From NCBI RefSeq assembly GCF_037042905.1, contig NC_087252.1:4466001-4530000 (forward strand): 64,000 nucleotides of DNA. The letters run 5' to 3'. The notes under the pieces are model-generated. The model searched no databases and had not been told where the DNA came from. It worked only from the letters and a program-made list of their open reading frames with translations. Of this stretch, positions 1-11,947 are shown piece after piece (position 1 is the first letter of the stretch; each line of letters begins with the position of its first letter). The DNA is from Lytechinus pictus (lineage: Eukaryota). The translations under genes and the position numbers were made by a program.

Positions 1-1087
1 ACTTTATCATGTTACAATAGAGGTCTGTGTTTGTATCTTTATGATATTTACTTGGCCTCTTGTTCTTGAAATAACCAACAATTATTTTATGTTCAAGTGA
101 ATGTGAAGCAGTCATAGATTTTTTTATGATTGATTGCATTGACTACAATGTACAATTAATGGTGAAAACCAAGCGCACGATTAACCATCAACCTTACGAA
201 CCACTGGTCTTGATATAAAGCGAACAGGCCACATCCTACACCCCACCCCATCCTTATATTTTACATTATTGGGGGTGGGGATATGATTGGGATTTCTTCT
301 TTAACGCCAGCGCCCCATATCATTGAAGCTTTTTCAGCAAATGATGATCATTTTTATGTTTGATCATCGATAATTATCAGTGCAATCAGTCTTTGTATTC
401 AATCCTGTGATCATTGCTAGGCTCTTATATGGTAAATGCTCAAGATATGTGATGATGATGGATGATATACACACCAAAAAGATGTTAGGAGCAGATCCTG
501 TTCAAATTACCAGTCAATATTTTTAGAAATATCAGCCAAGCTGTACCAATCAAACTTTATAAGAGAAAAGGATTGATTAAATTCTGTATATTAAACAGAA
601 AATGCTGCATTTTGCCTTGTGACATATACAAATATATAATACGGTCTTCTGAGAATATTCCCCTTTTTAATCATACAATCAAAAGAATCATCATAACCTA
701 TTCATACTGAGATATTTAAGGAATTTCTCTTTTGTCCTTTGCTTTTATTGTGTATTGTTACCATGGTGATCTGTGTAGGTGTATGTGCGAACCAGTAACA
801 GTTTGTCGGTGGAATGTGAACAATTTTGACTTCTTTGTTCTCCCCCAAAAAAGTGAAAAGTTATTAAAGTACAAACCACCACAGGGCAACTATTCATTAT
901 TTCATTTTGAAGGTAACATTGTGATGTTATTTCTTTTGTGATCCTTCATGACATTGTTGGCTTTTAATTTTGTCTGCAAAGTTCATTCATGCATATATTA
1001 TTTATATATATTTTTTGTCCTTATTTATGTTTTGGTATTAAGCAAACAGAAAAAAATGTGGTTGGGTGTTATTTTTTCATTTGCTCT

Positions 1088-1678
1088 TTAAAGGAGAATG
1101 AAACTCTTGGAGCAAGTTAGCTTTTGTGAAAGCAGAAAAATCAAAGAATAAGATCAACAAAAGTTTGAGTAAAATAGGACTAGCAATAGAAGAGTTATGA
1201 GCATTTGAATGTCGAGATCACTAATGCTATGGAGATCCTCCCATTGGCAATGCGACCAAGATCTATGATGTCACAGATGAACAACTCTCCCCTTTTGGAC
1301 ACTGAAAATATACCCCAAAACATCTCTTTTTGCTCATTCTAATCATATGACAAACGATTCATCAATGATATAATGTTGTGAAACCTCTGTACTTGTCCTC
1401 TCATAAAGAGAACACCTCACCTAGTGATAAACTCTATAAAAATGAGAATATAAGTGAAATAAGTACTAAAGTAATAAGGGAGTTGTCCGTGTGTGACATC
1501 ACAGATCTTGGTCGCATTGCCAATGGGGGATCTATATGGCATTAGTGATCTCAATATTCAAATGCTCATAACTTTCTTATTATTCATTCAATCTTCCTCA
1601 AACTTTCAACAATATGTTTCTTTTATTTTTCTCTTTGATATGGATTCAGCTGGTTTCAAGGGTTTCATTCTCCTTTAA
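1088..1678. mobile_element. Kolobok/T2-like non-autonomous MITE (TTAA target duplication, AGG...CCT ends)
   Basis: TTAA-AGGAGAATGAAAC at 1088 and GTTTCATTCTCCT-TTAA ending at 1678, with long imperfect inverted arms. A related copy lies at 42665-43263. Confidence 0.8.
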
Positions 1679-1751
1679 AGTTGATCCTTCACTTTGATTA
1701 AATGCTTTTTCCCTTCCTAAAAAAATAAATTTTAACACACACCTCATGTAT

Positions 1752-2182
1752 AGCCCCCATCACACTTATTCGGAATCAGCAGGAATCAAGCAGAAGCTGG
1801 AAAGAAAAAAATATTAAAAAAATCTAGACATTTTTGGGAGGAACTTATGAATTCACCAAACTGGAGTTGAAATTCAGTAAATTGACCATGTGTATCATCA
1901 TACACTAGTCAAAATGAACCGCAATGGAGTCAGATTGATAATTCGTGCTACGTTCTTGGACATTCTAGGGACATTCTAAATATCCTGACTGCATTCTGAG
2001 TGCATTCGAAATATTTTTGTCATTTCTTTTGGCCGTCCCGAAGGTTTTGGTCATGTTCAAAACATTCGAGGGATATTTTCGAACGGTGTTTGAAGTAGAT
2101 TTAAATGACCAACTGGTGGTCAAATAATAGTTGTTTCATTCAGGCCAATTCTGCTTGATTTGGAATAAGTGTGATGGGGGCT
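1752..2182. mobile_element. Non-autonomous DNA transposon (MITE), possibly PIF/Harbinger-like
   Basis: Terminal inverted repeat AGCCCCCATCACACTTATTC / GAATAAGTGTGATGGGGGCT. The target duplication is not clean, so the superfamily is uncertain. Confidence 0.65.
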
Positions 2183-2327
2183 TTAGTCTGTTGTAAAAAT
2201 GCATTGATGTTTTCTGCAACACAACAGGAATGGCAACAACTCCAATACGAGCATGAAAAAAAGGCCTGTTCTAGAAAATCTTGAACCTTTTCCCATTTTC
2301 AATATTCATTATTATCTCTTCTCTTAG

Positions 2328-2508
2328 GTGATAAATTCCGCCTAGTTTTGGCAACGACGTTGCGTGAGGATGGTCTCCCAGACGAAAGCGACTACGTGCC
2401 TTTGGACGAAGGGCAGCCGAGCCGCGCTGATAGCTTTGAATACGTGATGTATGGCAAGGTGTACAGGATAGAAGGGGATGAGAGTCTGACGGAAGCTGCT
2501 ACTAAATT
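2328..2508 (+). CDS. POLR2H: RNA polymerases I/II/III subunit RPABC3 (RPB8), penultimate coding exon; 5' exons lie outside the window
   Basis: ctcttAG acceptor at 2327 and GTAAGT donor at 2509. Encodes (G)[59 protein letters not shown](L), matching the RPB8 motif [19 protein letters not shown]. Confidence 0.97.
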
Positions 2509-3584
2509 GTAAGTTCATTTGCCAAAAATGTATCGTATCTCCTTTATTGTAATTTTACTGAAATAGAAACCAATCTACATTAAATGGAACAAATATAATA
2601 TAAAAATGAATTGTATGGGCATGGAGAAAATGTTAGATTTAAGAAAATCTCACAAAGAAGAGACTAATTTACAATTAAAAGATAAGTATCAAATTAATTA
2701 ATTGAAGGGTATGGAAAGAGAAATTTAGAACTAGAATAGGGTCATTAACTTTTCTGTCTCTCCTTAATAATATCTCCCAGCGCAATGCTGGCCCATGAAA
2801 TTAACATTTTAATCACAAATAAAGCTTTTTAAAGTAACCCCCCCCCCCTGCAAGGCCCCTTATTCTGTAATGTTGCAGGTACTTTTATGATAACCTCTCA
2901 AAAGTTTCTTTATGAACAGACCAACGTTCAGCTCATATATCTTTGCATTTGTGTAAGAGCAGCCCTCCCCCACCCCCTTTCTCCCTTCCCCGAGAGAACA
3001 AATAAATGAAAGATAGAATAAATAATTCAATCATTAGGTGAATGAATGAATAAATGAATAAATTTGTTAAAATGGTAGATAACTAATAATTACTGACAAA
3101 TTAATAGATAAATGAAAAAATAAGAATATAATGGGGTGTATACTTTATATTTCAAAAGCCTAATGAGTTGACATACACCTCCTGTACATCAAGTAAAAAA
3201 GAGAGAAGAAGAGAGAAAAAAACTTAGAATTTTGGCTTTCTTCCTGATCACTCCCATTCATACTTCAGCCATCCAACAAAATCTCCAGTCGCTTCCTTAC
3301 CGAACTTCATGAAGTAATTCAATTAAATCTCTTGAATTATTAAAAGAATGTTCTAGAAATTTATGTGAGAGAGGTTGTACTTATTTTACTGAAGCAGAGG
3401 GTTACTGCTACTATTATTTCAGTAGGAGAATTTCTGCAGAAAGCTTCTTACGAAGTCATATTTCGAAGAGCGGTCCTTTTCCCTCCATAATCAACATAAT
3501 CCTCAATGTACAGATAATATATATCTATGGCAAAAAGAAGCTGCTGAAAACTGCTTATCTAATAAAAGAGAGCCAATGGAGTAA

Positions 3585-3716
3585 ATTAGAAAGTCAAAAA
3601 GGGGGCCTAAGCTTTCGATCCTAGCAGAATCTTCGTCGGAGGCAAAAATGCCTTTTTGCCTCCGACGAAGATTCTGCTAGGATCGAAAGCTTAGGCCCCC
3701 TTTTTGACTTTCTAAT
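3585..3716. repeat. Perfect palindrome: 64-bp arms, 4-nt spacer; possible Penelope-like element terminus
   Basis: 3585-3648 is the exact reverse complement of 3653-3716; the spacer is TGCC. Confidence 0.9.
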
Positions 3717-6428
3717 ATATATCTATGTATATTTCAAACTTACTGTAAATTGATGAAGTAATAAGTAACAAACTCTGCATCCTTTATCAAACTTTCAGTA
3801 TTTTTTTTCTATTTCTATCTTCAATTTGATTGTGTAGAAAAACACACCTCTCTACATTAATGGTTTTGATTAGAAATCGACTTCCACGGCTAATAAGTTT
3901 AGTGCAGTATTTTCTACCCAAAAAAATACTTGGTAGTCGAGAGCAATAATGAATTTTATACAAAACCAGACCATTGATCAAATACAAAACTCTGAGAATA
4001 TTCACATGCCTGGGCAGGTGGATTGAGGGTAGGGGGTGGAACATAGATATTCGCACAGGTAGTTTCATTTTTGATTGTGTGAACAATTATCATCTGGTGC
4101 ATACCAGCTGTATGGTATGATAGGATAGGGTCGAATCTTGATCAAACACTGGACCGAGTCCCTTCGCAGCTGGCCATGTTGGTTTCAATGTGAGTCCAGC
4201 TGCATATGTGACTCATCAATATAATGATAATGATTGTTACACTTGAAAAGCTAAAAATCATGAATTTCATTGATTTAATTTCTAAAATATGAATTTCATC
4301 GATTCCATTGTAAAATATGAGGTATGAGGAGGAATTTATAGGCCCTCCCCCCAAAAAATGATAATAAATAATACTTATAATAATAAATTGATAAATCAAG
4401 AAATTATAATAACTAAAAATTAAAATAAAGAAATAAATACACATAAATAAATGAATGAATGAGTGAATGAATAAAATAAAATAAAAAGGGAACAAAATTG
4501 ATAAAGACATAAAGTTTAGACACTAATCAATCAAACAAACAAACGTGAAACACAAAAAAAATCGAAATGAGATCATTTTAAAAAATACAATGCATTCAAA
4601 AATTTTCCATGTACCAGTTTATATTATTAATGAAATATTAGAAATCACCGTCCAAGCTGTGATGAATGGCATTAATACCCATTTTCAAAATTATCGCATT
4701 AATTATTTAAAAAAAAGAATTTGACTATTTCTAAAACTTGACTGTTGAATTCATGTGTATGGCCTATCTGTCTCTAAAGCTTCAAGAGTCCAAAACCTTT
4801 GTTAAAGCCTGTATCAAATCATGTAGTTGAAAATGAACGTAATAGAGGAGATAAAGTGCATTTATCAAAGAAAAGAAATGTCAAAGATTTGTTGGGAAGT
4901 ACCCACCTGCGCTATTGCAAGCTCCTAAAAAAAATAATGGTTCTGGTTTTTGTTTCATATTTGCCATTTAACTCCAAAATTGTATTCCTTTTGTTGCGAT
5001 GGTACTGTGTGGGTTTCAGAGGCAGGGACAGATGCTTTGTGATATTAAATGCGAAATATTTTCAATTTTGGCCAACCTTCTTTGTTCCTGTGTTCTTTCA
5101 AGGTCATTACTATATATGTAGTTTAGCCGATGATAAGATAGTGGACAATTACAAGACCCTGGGGTCTGATGATAATAGACTACTGGTATTGGATTTCAGA
5201 GTCTCCTGAACTTTGTTCTATTCTCTAATTTTGGACTATATTTGGACTTATTATTGATGGTGTATGGTGCCAAATATCCTACCTACTTTGGCACAGGTAA
5301 TGCCTGAAAAGCCAACCAATATTTTACACATCAGCATACTTCACAGAAAGCTGTTATGTAGTCTTTAGTTATTTCATTCAGCCATTGCTTTGTTCATTGT
5401 CACTAGGTGTGACATAGGGTCTGAATTTAAAGACTGGTCAGTTCAGCAACCTTTGAGACTCACACCCTGTGTGTGTTGCTGATAAAGCATTCCATTGTAT
5501 GATGTAATGCTTACTAGGGGAATCCCCTTCTTGCAGTCTTGGTCACATGACCGAGATGGTGTTGCTCAATGGGAATAGGTACTGTACCAATACACGAGGA
5601 GCCTGCACAAATATGCACATTTGCATTATATGAAAATTCATTCACTTGTTCTTAGATGAGCCTCTAGACCTATTCTAGTCCATTCATGTCTCCATGCTAT
5701 AAAACTTTAAAATTAAAATTTTTTGGTTGTGTTTTGATTCAAGTATTACCTTTCTTACTCAGCTCATCCTTTTGCAATGACTGCATTTCCTATCAAACAA
5801 AAATCACTTTCCACATTTCAGATGTCAGTCCTTGATATTAAAAGTTTGAATATTATGGACTCTTGTCAAGTCAGGGGCCTCCCCTGCATGGATGAGCATG
5901 ATTTTGGAATGTGTAACATGATACCATTGTTACCATGGTATCTAGAATCAATACTAAATTCAATATGATTAAGTAAAGGCTTCAGGTTATTTTGGGGAAA
6001 GGAATATTGAAAAATCAATCGAATTTCTACATAGAAATAAGGTTCCCTGTTGCCATTTGTGATTCTGCCATTGAATGGTAACTGCCATCAAATCCTTAAT
6101 TTGATCGGCTGTTGAGCATCGTTACCATGGTAGATAAGAAGCCCTAATAATTACCATTGGATTCCACAGTTTCCATAATACCATGATGAAGCAGGCCCCT
6201 TCAGAATAGAAAAAATGTTACAAATTAAACAAATTTTTGTAAATGCTTGATACTCTAGAAACGTTTCGCGGCTGCATTTTGGTTTGTCATTCACATTTGT
6301 AATTCACGTTTGTGATTCTAGCTTTAAAAAATTGTTTGAACTTACCCTTACTTCTGATATATTTGTATACATTGTGAAATGTATTCATTCACACTATTGA
6401 TAAATGCAGTATGGATCCAGTTTACATC

Positions 6429-6508
6429 AGACTAATAAGACCAACAGGTGTTATTCTCATGTGTGAATGTACAAGTCTGTGAATACATCTGCTGGTTTTT
6501 ATCGGTCT
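6429..6508 (+). ncRNA. mir-2002: microRNA hairpin, miR-2002 (mature 3p arm 6480-6502, UGAAUACAUCUGCUGGUUUUUAU), intronic in POLR2H
   Basis: Mature sequence matches sea urchin miR-2002 as I recall it. The 5' arm ATAAGACCAACAGGTGTTATTCTCA pairs with it. Apical UGUG at 6460-6463 and CNNC (CATC) at 6520-6523. Confidence 0.88.
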
Positions 6509-9500
6509 TGGTGACAATTCATCAAATCCAACCTTTTGCCTTCTTAGAAAATGTTCCCTCTTGACTTTGTCTTAAATTTGTCCTAATTTGTACTAAATTG
6601 CCTTTTATATTGTCTCAAAATGTTTACTCTTTTTCTGTATTTTTAATCACATTTTTTGTATTGGACGATGATAATTTTTTTGTACTCTATTGTATTATTG
6701 AAACTTTGTTGTCAAGTACATGTAACACCCTCTTTGATCTTGCAGGAGAATATTTAGAACAGTTGAGTCTAAACTTATTGGAGGGTTTACTTGTAAGTTG
6801 TAGGCATATGAGATCAGGGGGCCCCTGGCTTTCACATTGTCTGCTGCTTTCATTTGCTCCTTTTTAAATACCATTTTTATGCATTCCCTGTGAATCTCAA
6901 TGTTGGAATTGAATTTAGGGACAAGCAATTTTCCGTTTACCAGTAAATCAAAATGATTTTTATTTGTTCTTTACTTACAAATGGAATTCACAGTGCTGAT
7001 AGAACAGAATTTCATTTTATATCAAGTTTTAAATGGAATTACAGGTTTCCAGAAATGGAAAAGATAATTTTTGATACAGAAATCACTGTCCATAACATTT
7101 GCACAAAAACTTTGAAGATTCGTTAAGATTGGAAAATGGGGCTTGCCTGTTTCATTAAGAAATTTACAATCTTGATAATTGTGCCATTATTAAACTACTT
7201 TAAAATTGAATTTGGTTGGCTGCACGGCCCTGTTAGTGTTACCATGGTAGTTTAAATGGCAAAATGTACAATTACAACAAATCATACTTTCTTTACAAAA
7301 AAAAAATAGGCCACAGAATCTATTGAAAAATTGGTCCTGTAAGTAAAATTTTAAAAATAAAAATTATTATGAATTACCATATCTTTCCAACCAGTTTTTT
7401 TTTTCAAGTCTGAATTTCTCCATTTCTTGAAAATCCTTTGTCCAAATTTCTGAACGTATTCTATGTACATGTACCTGCTAGTGGACATCTCTTTGTAGAA
7501 ACTAGTTCCAAGTTTATCTCTTGCAGAACATCCATTCAATCTCTCTAATTCATTAAATTCTTCATTATTCATGATCACTATTCTTTCTCTCTTTGTCTCT
7601 TCTTGTATTCTTACACATAGGGGTTGATTTAAAGGTAATAAATTCATCTAACTTGTCATTTAACCTTGATCCCCTATTTCCTGTTGTCAGCCAAATCCCC
7701 ACCTTGACTGAGCTGAGATGCCCCTGATATCACTACTCACAGCACCTTTTCTATTACCATTGGGGTCATGGGGTCAGGAGAACTCCACTTTGACGTCATC
7801 ATATTTTCCCAAAAAAAATAAGATATAGGCCTACATAACATAATACTCTACAGCCCATTCAGAGATACATGTAATACCAAGTGATATTATGAATTACAAA
7901 AATTGAAATACATTAATGATAATAAAATGAAGAATTTGAAGGAAAAAAATTGGTTTATACATGTATGCTGATGCATAAGAAGTCTAATTTGTAAAAGTCT
8001 TGTTCAAAAGCTGAACTGGATATTCCTATTAATGCATTCTAATTAAAATCAAAATTAATCCTAAATGAAACAAATGCACCTAAAATTGTTAAATTTAAAA
8101 TTTTCAGAAGTTGTTTTGTATGCTCCATTGTAATTTCGAACTCTTATCAAAATTGGACAGGAGCAGCCACCTAATTAAAGACATAAAGCCAGCTAATTCA
8201 TATAAAATTGAACTGCATTTATCATGAAGTAATTCAAATTTTATTTCAGGGGCGATATTTTTTACTATCTCCCTCTGAGACCTTTGGCTGTATCAAGGAG
8301 AATATATTTCCTGCTGCTCTGCTTCCTTATTACAGCAGAATGGGAGGGACAGATAAGGATATATTATCACACATATTACACTTCAAGCACAGCTGGTGTT
8401 CTATTTCATGCAGTTTAGGGGGAAATAGCCCTTTGTTTCTTCGCCAAGATTTTCTCCTTTTCCCCCAAGTTTATTGTATGAAATCTTGGCTTGCTATCTC
8501 CCATGAACATTTCCTCTTTGTTTATTTCCCAAATTTGTCTTTTCTCTATGTAATTTGTTCGACTTTGACCCCCTCCCGCCCCCCATCATAATAATTTTTC
8601 TTGTCACCCTTTATCTCTCTCCCAAGATTATTTTGTTTTCTTTTTGAGAAAGCAATAAACTATTCATTACCCCCTCCAAGTGTTCCATCTCTTTGTCTTT
8701 TGACTACCCCCCCCCCTCCTTCAAGGTTTCTTCTCCCCTATTTTTTCCTTTCATTTGGAGGGGGGTCTCATTTCATATTTTCCTGTGTGATTCATATCCG
8801 TTTATCTCCTAACTTTTTTTTTGATATCATAAGTTTTTAATCATTGCTTGCAACCAAGAATAAAAAAAGGACATCAATGTAGGCCCTGTTTATACACAAA
8901 GACACAAAATTAATTGCTCCTGACAATAATACAATAATCAAACGTAACTCCTGAATGCTCGCTTCCCATTGGTCGAAAATCAAGTTGCGTTTAATCACAA
9001 TCTTTCTGCAAATGACCCATGGTTTTTCCTCTTTGTCTGCCCTGCATCCTTCCGATATGGTGCCTCAAGTTGGAGATCAACGACCTTCCCATCAGTAGGG
9101 TATTCTAACAGACCTCTACCATTCTGAATTTGAAGGAGAGAATATGAATTTCTACCATGCAGAACTCATGTTATAATAGGGTTTTCATAGTTTTCATAAT
9201 TTACATGCACTCCTATGGGAAATGCAATGCCTGTCTAATTTTGGAGCAAAATCATTCTCATTTCCCAATTGGCAGGGTTGGGAGGTCAGTTCTAACTATC
9301 ATACAATGCTCAATCTCAAGCTTAGAACAATTTTCCATCTTCTGGACTAATTGATTAAGTAATTAATTGATTAATTTCGAGATTCAAAGTAAACTCCATG
9401 CTCATTAGTTTAACTCTGGGTACTTTAATTTGAGCATGGGATGTGACATTATTAACAGCTAAATGATGCACCCACGAGTTGTTCAAAAGTTAATGCAAAA

Positions 9501-9890
9501 GTTCTTTCCCCACGATGCCCCCCCCCCCCCTTCCTCCTCCGGAGTGAGAAATGATTGTAATTCACTATGTTTCGGGTATTAATTCATTCCTAAATCAGGT
9601 AAACCACTGAGTGCATGGACCCTAAACATTTTTTTATAAATACGATGCATCAGTTTGTTGAAGTGCCAATGCATAGAGCAACGAATCAACAATGGGAGGA
9701 AAGGTGCCAATTATTAAAATCATATTTACCCTCAATATAGAACAAAAGGAGGCCCTCTATTGTTAGTTTGATTTTGATTAATCCCGTATCCTTGATAATC
9801 AATCCCCTTGTCATATTTCCCCCCTTGAAATTATCTGTTCTAAATCAGGAAACAGCTTCTGCCAAATTACAGCCTTTCCCTCAGAGCTCT

Positions 9891-10474
9891 TTAAAGGGAT
9901 GGTCCAGGCTAAAAATATTTATATCTTAATACATAAAGTAGAATTCACTGAGCAAAAATGCCGAAAATTTCATTCAAATCAGGTAACAAATAATAAAGTT
10001 ATTGAAGTTTAAAGTTCAACAATATTTTGTGAAAACAGTCGTCATGAATATTCATTAGGTGGGCTGATGATGTCACATCTCCACTTTCCGTTTTCTAATG
10101 TTATTGCATAAAATCATAATTTTTTCATTATTTCATACTTGTGTGAATAATATGTCTCCCTTATAATGAAATAAGTTGCAGCAATGAATATCTAATGCAC
10201 TAAATCAGTTGTCAATGCAATTTTTCTAGTTCTTGGAGGAAAAAATTTGAAAAAACCTAATTTCATGTAATAAAATACAAAAGAACAAGTGGGAATGTGA
10301 CATCATCAGTCCACCTAATGAATATTCATGACGACTGTTTTCACAAAATATTGCTAAACTTTAAAATTCAATAAATTTGTTATCCGATTTTGATGAAATT
10401 TTCGGCATTTTGCTCAGTGAATTCTACTCTATTTATTAAGCTATAAATACTTTCAGCCCGGATCATCCCTTTAA
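9891..10474. mobile_element. Kolobok/T2-like fold-back MITE
   Basis: TTAA-AGGGATGGTCC ... GGATCATCCCT-TTAA, with about 190-bp imperfect inverted arms. Confidence 0.8.
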
Positions 10475-11863
10475 AACCAACCAAACACTGCAATATGAAT
10501 TTATTATATATGATAAAATGATAAGCATTATGTTTCAAATACCATTCTGTAGCTATGTTAATAGATAAAGCAGTTGGTTGCTTTTTTGCTTTCAACTTTC
10601 AATCACATAACATGCCTTGTTAACCTGATAAAATGCTTGTCATCAAGACCTTTGTTCAATTATCTTGACTGTCAAATTTGTGATTAAAAAAATTCTTGCA
10701 CGTGCTTGATCTGTGCAAAGAGCAAACAATGGCCTACCATATTATAGACCCACCTCCCACGTTATGATTGAGGCTCATTAAAAAAATGGCAAGATTGGGC
10801 TTTCGCTAGCCATTAGTTTTTATATCAAAGTATTATACATCACACTAATTTTTTTTTTTTAAGATGTGTTTCTTCATACCAGTGTATAGGCCTAGATTTT
10901 TTTTATTGTAGAAAAAAGTTATTTAAAGTTATTTCAATTTGAAAATGAAGATTAAGTGTATCACACAGTTAACTTGAATGAAATACATTAAAAGAGGCAA
11001 AATATGATTTTGCTTGATTTTCCAATATGATTCGAATAATTACCAAAGCTGACAAGATGCATTTTTGTGGGCATTCCGCTTGATTTCTTCCTTCAAAGAT
11101 ATAATTATAAGTCTCCCCATTCTGTATTAAAATTCTTTCTTCGATCAAGCGATAAAAATTCTATTCTCTTTTGCTGCAGTGTGATTCCTTCCTCTTCCTC
11201 TTTTTAGTTCTGTTTTCATTTTTTGTCCTCTGAGTAAATTTACCTTTGCAATGTAATTCCTCTTTCATATCTCATTTTCAGTCATTCTTCGTCATGACAT
11301 CCATACTATTTCCCCATTCAAATCATGACTATGATATTAATGAATCTATCCAAATTGGTCTGTATGTAAAGACTAACATGGAAGGCCGTTAGTTTGGAGG
11401 CAAGTAACTACATGTACAAGTTTTGTTGTATGCACAGAACACATGGACCTTATGACTAATGTATTGTGATTGCTCTATAAAAGGGTGCTTTCAAAGATCA
11501 AGATTTCATTCATAACTTTGGCCAGCGAGTGGGAGCCAGGCTTTCGGATACACATGAAGCATGACTTTACATTATATTTTCTCTCTTCTGCTCTGAATAT
11601 TTTGGAAACAACCAGGCAGCCTCGAACTGCAATGAGCATTGTTCTTTATTTTTATTTTTCTTTGGTGTTTTTTTTTTATTTTTATATTGAACGGTCTGCT
11701 TTGATATTTTCAAAGTCTCGTATTGACTCCTTTCCTGTCTTCCCAGTGCATTATATTGAATTTTTTTATTTTTCTAATGAATCTCGATTAAACAAAGCCA
11801 CAAGTAACTGCAAGTAATCGCCACTGAGCCGAGCCTGCAGCAGAAGAAACGAGGTGTTTGATT

Positions 11864-11947
11864 GGCTGCCTTCCTTCGGCAGTGTAGTTAGCTGGTTGTT
11901 TTCCACCAATCATCAACCAGCTTGCTGCAGGGCCCCAGGAAGGAGTC
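11864..11947 (+). ncRNA. mir-34: microRNA hairpin, miR-34 (mature 5p arm 11877-11898, CGGCAGUGUAGUUAGCUGGUUG), intronic in POLR2H
   Basis: miR-34 seed GGCAGUG plus the conserved UUAGCUGGUUG 3' half. Star arm CAACCAGCTTGCTGCAGGGCC; lower stem CCTTCCT/AGGAAGG; basal UG at 11863-11864 (-14) and CATC at 11955-11958. Confidence 0.95.

Noticed and set aside
5440..5515. Two adjacent small hairpins suggesting an H/ACA snoRNA
   Set aside because: No convincing H box, ACA tail or pseudouridylation pockets.
6401..6422. TAAATGCAGTATGG as miR-277 (perfect seed)
   Set aside because: I found no complementary arm; it lies in the flank of the miR-2002 hairpin.
8383..8405. CACAGCTGGTG match to the miR-317 core
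   Set aside because: The seed region does not match and there is no pairing arm nearby, so it is probably chance.
11370..11450. p53 response element upstream of miR-34 (several CATG/CAAG cores)
   Set aside because: No pair of adjacent RRRCWWGYYY half-sites, and ACATGT is very common throughout this window.
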